From: Syntrophus aciditrophicus | Lineage (GTDB): Bacteria > Desulfobacterota > Syntrophia > Syntrophales > UBA5619 | Direction: 5' to 3' | Assembly: GCA_020722315.1 (NCBI GenBank) | Contig: DYLD01000002.1 | Span: 1 to 56,584 of the forward strand | Length of the DNA: 56,584 nt | In this document: piece after piece, positions 17,918 through 27,145 of the stretch | Position numbering within the stretch: position 1 is the stretch's first letter | How the letters are laid out: the number at the start of each line of letters is the position of its first letter | Notes under the pieces: generated by a model | The model's input: only the letters and a program-made list of their open reading frames with translations | What the model was told of the DNA's origin: nothing | The model's database searches: none | Made by a program: the position numbers and the translations under genes

Positions 17918-18901
17918 TTGTTCCTTCTGTGTGCATCTAGCGGGTACTCGATAGCCTACCACAGTTATAATGAGTGGTGGAAATGGGCTGTAGGTGTTGT
18001 GTTGGGCCTGCTTATCGCAGTATTGATAATACAGGTTGAGAAAGCGGCCCGTAAGGTGTCTTTGCGGGTTATCATCGGCGGGGTAGTGGGCATGCTTATA
18101 GGGCTTTTTATTGCCTTCCTGCTTGCCTATGGATTGAGCTTTGTAAGCAATATTATGGAAAATCAGGAGGTCGTTCCCTGGATCTACACCCTTCTTACCG
18201 GTGCTATGGGCTATATAGGATTGGTTTTGGGCTCGCAAAAGGTTGAGGAATTGAGTCTTTTTGGTTGGGGACCGGCCAAGGAGATGAGTGATTACCGTCT
18301 GTTGGATACCAGTGTCATTATTGATGGGCGCATCGCCGATATTTGCGATACGGGATTTTTAGAGGGCAATTTTATAGTTCCCCGTTTTGTCCTGGATGAG
18401 TTGCAGTACATCGCTGATTCCTCGGACGCGCTGAAAAGGACGCGAGGCAGACGGGGTTTGGATATCCTGAATCGTATGCAACGAAGCACCGGGATCAACA
18501 TTGATGTGGTTGACCATGACTTTCCGAAGATCAAGGGTGTTGATTCCAAACTCATCGCGCTGGCAAAAAAGACAAACGGCAAGATCATTACGAACGATTT
18601 TAATCTGAATAAGGTTGCCGAACTTCAGGGGATTAAAATTCTCAATGTGAACGAGTTGGCCAATGCCGTCAAGCCGGTTGTTCTTCCCGGCGAATTGATG
18701 ACGGTAAAAATAATAAAAGACGGTAAAGAACCCGGTCAGGGTGTGGCTTATCTGGATGACGGGACGATGATTATTGTAGATAATGCCCAGAAGTATCAGG
18801 GTGAAAGTGTTGAAGCCATGGTCACCAGCGTTTTACAGACGACTGCCGGCCGGATGATTTTTTCAGAAATGAAAGCTATTGCCGACAAAAAGGGCTCCTG
18901 A
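17918..18901 (+). CDS. yacL: PIN/TRAM domain membrane protein (YacL-like)
   Basis: LDTSVIIDGRIADICDTGFLEG, RGRRGLDILN, NDFNLNKV and VAYLDDGTMI closely parallel B. subtilis YacL. The start is uncertain: TTG 17918 (ORF track) or CTG 17900, which sits 8 nt after GGAGG. Precedes ispD-ispF as in Bacillus. Confidence 0.85.
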   Translation: MFLLCASSGYSIAYHSYNEWWKWAVGVVLGLLIAVLIIQVEKAARKVSLRVIIGGVVGMLIGLFIAFLLAYGLSFVSNIMENQEVVPWIYTLLTGAMGYIGLVLGSQKVEELSLFGWGPAKEMSDYRLLDTSVIIDGRIADICDTGFLEGNFIVPRFVLDELQYIADSSDALKRTRGRRGLDILNRMQRSTGINIDVVDHDFPKIKGVDSKLIALAKKTNGKIITNDFNLNKVAELQGIKILNVNELANAVKPVVLPGELMTVKIIKDGKEPGQGVAYLDDGTMIIVDNAQKYQGESVEAMVTSVLQTTAGRMIFSEMKAIADKKGS

Positions 18902-19002
18902 TAGATAGAATGCCCCCTTGCCTCCCCGATATAAAAATCGGATAACAACCGCATTTTACAGACAATTTCCTTTTTTAAATCTTTTGTTTTGTTTGTGAAT
19001 AT

Positions 19003-19111
19003 GAGAACATTGAAAAATGCAGCCTTCGCGCTCGTGAAATCTTTTTCTGCCCCGAAAAACCTTTAAAATCGAGCTTCGGGCGGCATTCTTTAGCAGTTGT
19101 GCAAAGGTTTC
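19003..19111 (+). mobile_element. MITE-like foldback repeat, short copy F, flanked by 5-bp TSD AATAT
   Basis: 109 bp: GAGAACATTGAAAAATGCAGCCTTCGCGCTCGTGAAATC...CAGTTGTGCAAAGGTTTC. AATAT at 18998-19002 and again at 19112-19116. Ends 29 nt before the ispD ATG. Confidence 0.8.
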
Positions 19112-19140
19112 AATATGATTTTGGCTTATGGACCCATTTT

Positions 19141-19833
19141 ATGAAGACAGCCGCGATCATCCCCGCCGGGGGGAAAGGAAAAAGAATGGGGGCAAGGACG
19201 CCCAAACAATACCTGACTGTTCAAGGAGAGCCGATCCTTGCCCGTACTCTTAGGGTGTTTCAGCTTTCTTCGTCCATTGATCAAATTATCCTAGTCGTTC
19301 CTGAGCCGGATGTAACGGATGTAAGAACGAATATTGTTGAGTATTATGGGTTATCGAAGGTTAAGGTTATTATACCCGGAGGAAAAGAAAGACAGGATTC
19401 CGTTAAAAATGGACTTCGTTATGTTGATGAAAAAGTTGAAATAGTCGTTGTTCATGATGCAGTGAGGCCCCTTGTTACGGCATTCCTGATTGAACAGGTT
19501 ATCGAGAAAGCCAGAGAATTTGGTGCCGTTGCGAGCGGAGTCCAAATCACCGATACAATAAAACGCGTTGAGAAGAGCGGAAAAATCGCTAAGACCGTTG
19601 CACGCGACTTGCTTTGGTTGACCCAAACCCCTCAGGCATTTCAACGAGAAGTCATCATCGAGGCGTACCGCAGGGCTTACGAGGATCGTTTCTACGGCAC
19701 GGATGATGCGTCTCTCGTTGAGAGAATCGGCGTTCCTGTGTGGATGGTCGCCGGTAACCGGAACAATATCAAGGTCACGACAAGGGAAGATGTGATCCTA
19801 TGCGAAGCGATCTTTGGCCGCCGGGACGGTTGA
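19141..19833 (+). CDS. ispD: 2-C-methyl-D-erythritol 4-phosphate cytidylyltransferase
   Basis: Start at ATG 19141, giving MKTAAIIPAGGKGKRMG. IspD-like throughout. Confidence 0.92.
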   Translation: MKTAAIIPAGGKGKRMGARTPKQYLTVQGEPILARTLRVFQLSSSIDQIILVVPEPDVTDVRTNIVEYYGLSKVKVIIPGGKERQDSVKNGLRYVDEKVEIVVVHDAVRPLVTAFLIEQVIEKAREFGAVASGVQITDTIKRVEKSGKIAKTVARDLLWLTQTPQAFQREVIIEAYRRAYEDRFYGTDDASLVERIGVPVWMVAGNRNNIKVTTREDVILCEAIFGRRDG

Positions 19834-19851
19834 ACTGCCGGAGATAACGGG

Positions 19852-20325
19852 ATGAAAATCGGATTCGGGTATGACAGCCATCGCCTTCAAGCAGGGCGGA
19901 AACTGATCATAGGCGGCGTTGAAATCCCATTCGAAAAGGGTCTTCTAGGACATTCGGATGCCGATGTTCTTGTACATGCCGTATGTGATGCGATCATCGG
20001 CGCTGCAGGCGAAGGAGATCTAGGGGCACATTTCCCCGACACCGATCCGGCCTTTAAGGATATATCCAGCCTGGTTCTATTAAAGCGGATAGCGCGGATG
20101 GCCAAAGAAAACGGTTATCGGATATGCAATATCGACGCGACAGTCGTTTTGGAACGGCCAAAATTGGCCCCCTATTTAACACGGATGTCTCAAAATATCG
20201 CTGAAGCCGCATCTGTTTCCCCCGGGGATGTTAATGTAAAAGCCAAAACCAATGAAGGTATGGGATTGGTCGGAATTTCTGAAGGTGCTGTTGCGTTTGC
20301 CGTCGTTCTGCTCGAAAAAATCTAG
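19852..20325 (+). CDS. ispF: 2-C-methyl-D-erythritol 2,4-cyclodiphosphate synthase
   Basis: IGFGYDSHRL and GHSDADVLVHA motifs. 157 aa. Confidence 0.95.
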   Translation: MKIGFGYDSHRLQAGRKLIIGGVEIPFEKGLLGHSDADVLVHAVCDAIIGAAGEGDLGAHFPDTDPAFKDISSLVLLKRIARMAKENGYRICNIDATVVLERPKLAPYLTRMSQNIAEAASVSPGDVNVKAKTNEGMGLVGISEGAVAFAVVLLEKI

Positions 20326-20356
20326 AGGTCTGCTAACCTGCGGGCCGGGTTTCTTC

Positions 20357-20386
20357 TTGACCGGTAGTGTTTGGATGATTTATATA
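20357..20386 (+). promoter_or_regulatory. Candidate sigma70-type promoter upstream of pgk
   Basis: TTGACC (20357-20362), 18-nt spacer, TATATA (20381-20386). Confidence 0.3.
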
Positions 20387-20462
20387 CATACAGTATTTCC
20401 CCTTATCCGAAGGGGGCTCGCAGTCAAAATATTATAATAAACGCACACAGGAGGGTCGCATT

Positions 20463-21656
20463 ATGAAATTTATTGATGAAATAGATATTAAGGAGAAAAA
20501 GGTTTTGTTCCGGTTTGATTTCAATGTTCCGTTGGATAGTTCTCTGAATATTACCGATGACACCCGGATAAGAGCGGCGCTCCCGTCCATTAATTATGCG
20601 CTTGATGAAAAGGCCGCCGTTATCATGATCTCTCACCTTGGCCGACCGAAGGGCAAAGCGGTGCCTGAAATGAGCCTTGCCCCTGTCGCGAAACGCCTTT
20701 CGCGTCTGCTGGAGAAGGATGTACAGTTTGTATCGGATTGTGTTGGAGAAGAGGTACGCAATAAGGTTGCCTCGTTAAAACCGGGGGATCTGCTTCTTCT
20801 GGAAAACCTGCGGTTCCATAAAGAGGAGGAAAAAAACGACGAATCTTTCGCATCTGAACTTGCCGGATTCGCGGACGTTTATATTGATGACGCATTCGGC
20901 AACGCCCATCGTACGCATGCCTCCAATGTAGGTATTTGCAAATTCGTACCCGCCTGCGGCGCGGGCTTTTTGATTAAGAGAGAGCTCGAATATTTCGGGA
21001 CGGCGGTTGAGAAGCCGGCGCGGCCATTCATTGCCATTGTTGGAGGGTCGAAGGTTTCGGGGAAGCTCGAGGTTGTGGCTAATCTGATCCGCAAGGTTGA
21101 TAAGATTATCCTGGGGGGAGGGATGGCATTTACCTTTTTGAAGGCTCTCGGGTACAATGTTGGAAACTCTGTTGTCGAGGATGATTTGATTGGAAGGGCT
21201 ACCGAGGTCATTAAGGCAGTCAAGGAGCTTGGCGTGAAGTTTTACCTGCCCGTTGACTGTGTTATTGCCGAAAAGATGGATCCGGCCGCTCAGACGAGGA
21301 TTGTTCCCGTGCAGGAGATCACGTCGGGCTGGATGGGATTGGACATAGGTCCGGCCACGATCACCCTTTTTAACGAGGCCCTGGAAAATGCAAAGACGAT
21401 TATATGGAATGGTCCTATGGGTGTATTTGAAATGCAGCCTTTCAGCAAGGGTACCGCAGCTATGGCAAGATCGCTTGCGGATTCCCCCGCAGTTACGATT
21501 GTCGGAGGAGGGGACACGGATGTTGCGATCCAGCAGACCGCGGTCCACGACAAAATTACGTACATATCAACCGGCGGAGGCGCCTCTCTGGAACTTTTGG
21601 AGGGAAAGGTATTACCTGGCGTCGCAGCCCTTGAGCAATGCTCTCAGAAGGCATGA
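20463..21656 (+). CDS. pgk: Phosphoglycerate kinase
   Basis: RFDFNVP and SHLGRPKG motifs. 397 aa. AGGAGG SD 8 nt upstream. Confidence 0.97.
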   Translation: MKFIDEIDIKEKKVLFRFDFNVPLDSSLNITDDTRIRAALPSINYALDEKAAVIMISHLGRPKGKAVPEMSLAPVAKRLSRLLEKDVQFVSDCVGEEVRNKVASLKPGDLLLLENLRFHKEEEKNDESFASELAGFADVYIDDAFGNAHRTHASNVGICKFVPACGAGFLIKRELEYFGTAVEKPARPFIAIVGGSKVSGKLEVVANLIRKVDKIILGGGMAFTFLKALGYNVGNSVVEDDLIGRATEVIKAVKELGVKFYLPVDCVIAEKMDPAAQTRIVPVQEITSGWMGLDIGPATITLFNEALENAKTIIWNGPMGVFEMQPFSKGTAAMARSLADSPAVTIVGGGDTDVAIQQTAVHDKITYISTGGGASLELLEGKVLPGVAALEQCSQKA

Positions 21657-21695
21657 TTAGACGTTCCAAAATGGTTGAAAAACGTTACGAATGGC

Positions 21696-22433
21696 ATGAG
21701 AAACATCCGGCTGACGTTAGAATATGACGGGACTTCGTATTGTGGCTGGCAGCGCCAGAAGAACGGACTTTCGATACAGCAGGTCGTAGAGGAATCAATC
21801 GGCCGTATAACAGGTGAGAAAGTAAGGCTGATAGGCTCGGGAAGAACGGACAGAGGCGTGCATGCACTCGGTCAGGTGGCCAATTTCCACACCGTCTCCT
21901 CGCTGAAGGAGCGTGGTCTTCTTTTAGGGATCAACAGTTTGTTGCCGGAGGATATCGTTGTTCGAACACTTGACGAAGTCGAACCCGATTTCCATGCCAG
22001 TTTTTCCGCAAAGAGCAAGATTTACCTTTACCGCATTTGCAACCGTTCCGTCAGACCGGCGATAGAGCGTCGTTATTCCTGGTTTCTATGGCAGCCTCTT
22101 TGTGTCGAGGCGATGAGAGAAAGCGCCGCCCTTTTTTTGGGCAGCCATGATTTTTCTTCGTTTTGCTCCACCCACGCCGATGGTTCCAATCGCGTCAGAA
22201 CGGTCTTGTCACTAAAAATCGAGAAGGATTGCCGGGAATTCGTAAAGATTTTTATCGAGGCGGACGGATTTCTCCGCTACATGGTGCGGACAATTGTCGG
22301 TCTTCTTGCGGATGTCGGACTGGGTAAGTGCACAAAAGAGAAGGTCAGGGAAATTATCGAGGCAAAGAATCGTCCCAGTGCCGGGTTGACGGCGCCTCCT
22401 CAAGGATTGTTTCTGTTGCAGGTCAAATACTGA
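21696..22433 (+). CDS. truA: tRNA pseudouridine(38-40) synthase
   Basis: Start at ATG 21696 (MRNIRLTLEYDGTSYCGWQRQ). Catalytic GRTDRGVHA motif. Confidence 0.9.
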   Translation: MRNIRLTLEYDGTSYCGWQRQKNGLSIQQVVEESIGRITGEKVRLIGSGRTDRGVHALGQVANFHTVSSLKERGLLLGINSLLPEDIVVRTLDEVEPDFHASFSAKSKIYLYRICNRSVRPAIERRYSWFLWQPLCVEAMRESAALFLGSHDFSSFCSTHADGSNRVRTVLSLKIEKDCREFVKIFIEADGFLRYMVRTIVGLLADVGLGKCTKEKVREIIEAKNRPSAGLTAPPQGLFLLQVKY

Positions 22434-23317
22434 TGAAGATACTGGTTTTGGGCTCCCGCGGGATGTTGGGAAGCGAACTTATGCAAGTGCTTCAAAGCAG
22501 CCATGTTGTCTTCGGCCTGAAATCCTCGGAATGTGATATTGCATTTGCCGAGGACTGCCGGCGTGCGATTGCCCGGTATTCCCCGGATGTTGTCATAAAC
22601 GCGGCGGCCTATACGGATGTTGACGGATGTGAAACAGACAAGGACCGCTGCTTCGCCGTCAATGCCGAAGGCGTCAAAAACATTGCTTCGGCCTGCCGGG
22701 AAAGGGGAATAAAGGTCGTTCATTTCAGCACCGACTATATTTTTGATGGGACCAAGAACGCGCCGTACTGTGAAGAAGACGATCCGTCGCCGATCAATGT
22801 ATACGGTTCTTCCAAACTCGAGGGGGAACGTTTTCTGAAAGATACATCCACAAACTGGCTTCTGATTAGAACTTCCTGGCTTTATGGTCTTCACGGAAGG
22901 AATTTTGTCAAGACTATCATCGATAGGTCTTCGGCAGTTGAAAGCCTGGACGTCGTTGACGATCAGATTGGTTCCCCAACCTATGACGTTGATCTTGCCC
23001 GGGCCGCGAAGATTTTGCTGGAAGCCGGAAAGACGGGCGTCTTCCATTTCGCAAACCGCGGGCAGTGCAGCTGGTACGAGTTTGCATCTAAAATACTGCA
23101 ACTTGCCGGGAAGGCCAATGTGCAAATCCGTGCGATCAGTTCGAAGAATTTACACAGAGCGGCGCTCCGGCCGGCCTGGAGCGTTCTTGATACGACAAAG
23201 TACGTTCAGGAAACTAACGAAACTGTCAGGTACTGGGACAGTGCGCTTAGGGACTATCTCGCTCTCATCGGATATCCCCAAGATGTCTCCGGCATGCACG
23301 TCGGCCGTTCTGGCTGA
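22433..23317 (+). CDS. rfbD: dTDP-4-dehydrorhamnose reductase (RmlD family)
   Basis: Start at ATG 22433, overlapping the truA stop (TGATG). MKILVLGSRGMLGSEL Rossmann fold, STDYIFDG and YGSSK motifs. Confidence 0.85.
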   Translation: MKILVLGSRGMLGSELMQVLQSSHVVFGLKSSECDIAFAEDCRRAIARYSPDVVINAAAYTDVDGCETDKDRCFAVNAEGVKNIASACRERGIKVVHFSTDYIFDGTKNAPYCEEDDPSPINVYGSSKLEGERFLKDTSTNWLLIRTSWLYGLHGRNFVKTIIDRSSAVESLDVVDDQIGSPTYDVDLARAAKILLEAGKTGVFHFANRGQCSWYEFASKILQLAGKANVQIRAISSKNLHRAALRPAWSVLDTTKYVQETNETVRYWDSALRDYLALIGYPQDVSGMHVGRSG

Positions 23318-23353
23318 GACAGTCCATCATAGTTCTTTTAAGGGGACCGGAGA

Positions 23354-24115
23354 ATGGTTACTTTGATTCCGGGCGGCGGCCTCGTTTGTTCATATTTGAT
23401 CTCCACAAGCGACGGACTCATCGTCGTGGATCCGGGAAGCATCGGGATTGCCGATGCGGCCAGGTCGTTTATCAATACTCTATCCGATCGCGGTATGCAT
23501 GACGTCAGGGCGATCGTAGCGACCCACTTTCATATTGACCATATCGGGGGTATGAAACGTCTGCTGGGGTTTTGTCCGGAGGGGACTTTTGTCTTTATGC
23601 ACCGGCGCGTTGAGGATTATCTAACGCATAAACGTGACCTCCCGCGTCTGCAAGGCTGGTTTTCTGACCTTCCGCCGGTAGCAATCAAGAGTTTCCTTCG
23701 TGTGCGCAGGCCATCGCAGCTTTGGGTTGAAAGTCTCGCCGGGATTCCTCTTCCGGGATTTGGAACCCGTTTTCATCCTCCAATACCACCCCAGAGGATT
23801 AAATGGTTTTGCCCGGGTAATGCCCGTCGTTGCGGCATAGGATTGGATGGCTGGGAAATAATTGAAACCCCGGGTCATACCGCTGATTCAATCTCGCTGT
23901 ACAACGAAGACACGGCGGAATTGATATGTGGGGATTTCATTTTGAATCTGGATCGTGATAACGGGCGGCTCAATCGTTTTTGTGAAAGTCGTGCAGATAT
24001 CTTAAATACATACGATTTTCTCTGCGACACGATAGTTCCCAAAACCATCTATCCGGGACACGGGGATGTGATCCGGGGCGATCAGAACGTATTGCGGCGG
24101 GTTAACACTTTTTAA
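23354..24115 (+). CDS. MBL-fold metallo-hydrolase
   Basis: HFHIDHIGG metal-binding motif, then later GHTADS and GHG. Confidence 0.75.
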   Translation: MVTLIPGGGLVCSYLISTSDGLIVVDPGSIGIADAARSFINTLSDRGMHDVRAIVATHFHIDHIGGMKRLLGFCPEGTFVFMHRRVEDYLTHKRDLPRLQGWFSDLPPVAIKSFLRVRRPSQLWVESLAGIPLPGFGTRFHPPIPPQRIKWFCPGNARRCGIGLDGWEIIETPGHTADSISLYNEDTAELICGDFILNLDRDNGRLNRFCESRADILNTYDFLCDTIVPKTIYPGHGDVIRGDQNVLRRVNTF

Positions 24116-24127
24116 TAGGGAGAAAGA

Positions 24128-25939
24128 ATGGCCGGAAAGATCGTTGTTCTGCCGGAAGCTCTTGTCCGCCGGATCGCGGCGGGGGAGGTCATAGAACGGC
24201 CCGCTTCAATTGTTAAGGAACTCGTTGAAAATTCCCTCGATGCAAATGCAACCGAGATATCCGTTACGCTGTCGAAGGGAGGGAATCAATCAATCCGGGT
24301 TACGGATAACGGAGAGGGCATTCATCCTGAGGATGTTCCTTTGGCTTTTTCGCGACATGGAACGAGCAAAATAAGCGGGTTCGAGGACCTTTACCGGGTG
24401 CATTCTTTTGGGTTTAGAGGGGAAGCCCTTCCCAGCATTGCGTCGGTGTCCCATCTGGAAATTATAACCCGCCGTCACGAAGATGATTTCGGCACGAAGG
24501 CGGTTTTTGAATCGGGCGAAATGAAGGAATGTATTTCCACCGGATGTGCTCCGGGTACTTCCGTTACGGTCAGTTCGATTTTTGAGTCTGTGCCGGTGCG
24601 TCGGAAGTTCCTGAAAAGCGACATCGCCGAACAGGGTTATTGTCTTGACTGGATCACACGTCTGGCCCTTTCCAGAACAGAAGTCCGTTTCAACGTGTCA
24701 ACCGGTGCCCGGTCCGACTGGAATATCCCCGCTGCGAGGGACCTCTCCGAGAGGCTTGCGCTGACATTGGGCCGGGATGCAAGGGCCCAGATGGTTCCAG
24801 CATCCGGGCAGAAAAATAACTTATCGTTGTCCGGTTTTGTCTCCCGTCCCGAATTCAGTCGTTCGAATGCCACACAGATTTATCTTTATGTCAACGGCAG
24901 ATTTGTCAGGGATCATTTCTTGAACCATGCCGTGATGACGGCCTACCGCCGTATCATAGAACCCCGCCGTTATCCGATGGCTGTCCTTTTTCTCCATTTG
25001 CCGACAGAAGATGTGGATGTAAACGTGCACCCAACGAAAATGGAGGTTCGATTTCGGAATCCGAGAGAGATTTACGGGCTTATCGTTGAGGCGCTGACCC
25101 GTGCGATCGGCGTCGGTTTCTCGAATGCACCTTCGGTTGGTCTCGAAGACAAAACCCTCGGGTTTGAATCACGCGTTCAGGAGGCTATGAGGAAGTATCG
25201 TATATCTTCCGGTGCCGGGAAGTCCTTTTTCCAGCCTGCCGATAGGATTAACCGGGACCAATCTTTCGTTCCGGAAGGTTCCACGATGCCGGCCGTGCCG
25301 ATATCCACTCCGTTCGAAACCTGCGAACGTGATGACGGGCTCTTTGATGTCGGGTCGTCTTTTATGAGCCTGCGCTATTTGGGACAGGTTGCGGGAACAT
25401 ACCTCGTTTTTGAGGGTAGGGAGGGACTTACGCTAATCGACCAGCATGCAGCCCATGAAAGGGTCCTCTTTGAAAAATTAAGAAGACAGGCGGATCAGCA
25501 AAAACCTCAGGGACAGCGGTTGCTATTACCCGAGGTAATCAGCCTGCCGCCCCGCGAGCTATCGCTCCTTTTAGAGGTTATGCCGATTTTCGCCGATGTG
25601 GGAATCGAGCTAGAGTTGTTCGGTGGGGATTCGGTTGTTGTGAAATCCATGCCTCTGCTTATCGCGGACGCCGATGCCGGATCCTTGATCGTGGATGTTT
25701 TAAGTGAATGCGTGCGTCCCCAGGCCAATCTTCCTCTCGTCGAGAAAAGGGATAAGATATTCGCATCACTGGCATGCCGCGCTGCCGTAAAGGCCAATAA
25801 TCCCCTGACTCCTGCGGAGGTTGAAAACCTCTGTCGTGATCTCGACAGTTTTCCCGGAATCTCTACCTGCCCGCATGGGAGACCTATCAGGATATCCTTT
25901 TCGAAAACGGAACTGGAGAAAATGTTCAAGAGGAGGTAA
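24128..25939 (+). CDS. mutL: DNA mismatch repair protein MutL
   Basis: AAGEVIERPASIVKELVENSLDA and DNGEGI GHKL ATPase motifs. C-terminal dimerisation domain. Confidence 0.95.
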   Translation: MAGKIVVLPEALVRRIAAGEVIERPASIVKELVENSLDANATEISVTLSKGGNQSIRVTDNGEGIHPEDVPLAFSRHGTSKISGFEDLYRVHSFGFRGEALPSIASVSHLEIITRRHEDDFGTKAVFESGEMKECISTGCAPGTSVTVSSIFESVPVRRKFLKSDIAEQGYCLDWITRLALSRTEVRFNVSTGARSDWNIPAARDLSERLALTLGRDARAQMVPASGQKNNLSLSGFVSRPEFSRSNATQIYLYVNGRFVRDHFLNHAVMTAYRRIIEPRRYPMAVLFLHLPTEDVDVNVHPTKMEVRFRNPREIYGLIVEALTRAIGVGFSNAPSVGLEDKTLGFESRVQEAMRKYRISSGAGKSFFQPADRINRDQSFVPEGSTMPAVPISTPFETCERDDGLFDVGSSFMSLRYLGQVAGTYLVFEGREGLTLIDQHAAHERVLFEKLRRQADQQKPQGQRLLLPEVISLPPRELSLLLEVMPIFADVGIELELFGGDSVVVKSMPLLIADADAGSLIVDVLSECVRPQANLPLVEKRDKIFASLACRAAVKANNPLTPAEVENLCRDLDSFPGISTCPHGRPIRISFSKTELEKMFKRR

Positions 25940-25945
25940 AAAGAC

Positions 25946-26881
25946 ATGCCCGGTCCGGATGATTCTCTCCCGAGGATCGCATGTATCATGGGGCCGACCG
26001 GGGTAGGCAAGACCGCGATAGCCCTGGAACTGGCCGAGCGCTATGGAGCAGAGATCGTCAGTGCGGACTCGCTGCAGGTCTACCGATATATGGATATCGG
26101 CTCCGCCAAGCCCACCCTGGAGGAGCGAAACCGCATTCCCCACCATGTCATTGACGTCGTTGATCCGGATCAACCGTTTGACGTTTCCCGGTACAGAAAA
26201 CTTGCTGTAGAAGCAATCAACCGATTGCAGCGCCTCAAAAAACGGGTGTTCATCGTCGGAGGAACGGGGCTTTATATAAGGGCCCTGTTAGGGGGATTGA
26301 TAGACACACCGGGGGCTGATGACAATTTCCGCAACCAACTCAAGGAGGAGGTAAAGAAAAGCGGAAGGGAACGTCTGTACGCAATCCTAAAAGAAAAGGA
26401 TCCGCGGACCGCAAAGGTTCTCCATCCTCATGATGTTGTAAGAATTATCCGGGCGCTGGAGGTACTGGAACTGACCGGCCGTTCTATCCTTGATTATCAG
26501 CGGGATCACGGTTTCAGGGATACCCAGTGGAACTGCCTGAAAATCGGTCTTTGCCTGCCGCGGGCTGATTTGGATGAAAGAATAAACATGCGAACCGAAA
26601 GGATGATGGCCGCAGGCTTTCTGGACGAAGTCAGAAGGTTGCTTGCAATGGGTTACGATGAATCAATGAAGCCGATGCAGGCTTTAGGATACAGGCATTT
26701 GGCATCTGCTGTTAGAGGAGACGTCGAAGTCAAAAAGGCTGTGATGCTGATCAAACGTGACACGAGGCTGTTCGCGAAAAGGCAGATGACATGGTTTGCT
26801 GCCGACAATAGCGTCAAGTGGTTCAGCCCGGATGATGTCGAGGGGATTTCTGCTGCTATGAGTCAATTTTTCGCGGATTAA
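25946..26881 (+). CDS. miaA: tRNA dimethylallyltransferase
   Basis: GPTGVGKT P-loop and SADSLQVYRYMDIGSAKPT. Conserved mutL-miaA adjacency. Confidence 0.93.
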   Translation: MPGPDDSLPRIACIMGPTGVGKTAIALELAERYGAEIVSADSLQVYRYMDIGSAKPTLEERNRIPHHVIDVVDPDQPFDVSRYRKLAVEAINRLQRLKKRVFIVGGTGLYIRALLGGLIDTPGADDNFRNQLKEEVKKSGRERLYAILKEKDPRTAKVLHPHDVVRIIRALEVLELTGRSILDYQRDHGFRDTQWNCLKIGLCLPRADLDERINMRTERMMAAGFLDEVRRLLAMGYDESMKPMQALGYRHLASAVRGDVEVKKAVMLIKRDTRLFAKRQMTWFAADNSVKWFSPDDVEGISAAMSQFFAD

Positions 26882-26894
26882 TCAGACCGTGCAA

Positions 26895-27014
26895 GAGCTT
26901 TGCAGGAGTGTCCCAAACGGCTTCATTCGCGCTTCAGGTAGCTTTTTTTGGTCCGAAAGACCTTCAAATCTCGCTTCTCGAAGCGATCTCTGGAGGTTTT
27001 TTTCAAACCTTCCC
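26895..27014. repeat. Degenerate mini-copy or fragments of the repeat family (H)
   Basis: GAGCTTTGCAGG...CTTCATTCGCGCTTCAGGTAGCTTTTTTTGGTCCGAAAGACC, followed by GGTTTTTTTCAAACCTTCCC. These look like arm sequences fused without a central region. Confidence 0.4.
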
Positions 27015-27145
27015 ATTCCTTCTTGCGATCGCGATTTTGACGTGCCGGTAATTTCTTGACTTAATTCATCTAAGAATATAAACGAAGCGTGGAGCCTGTA
27101 AGAAGGCATTACCTTCAGGCTATCGGAAACAAAAGGAAAAAAACA

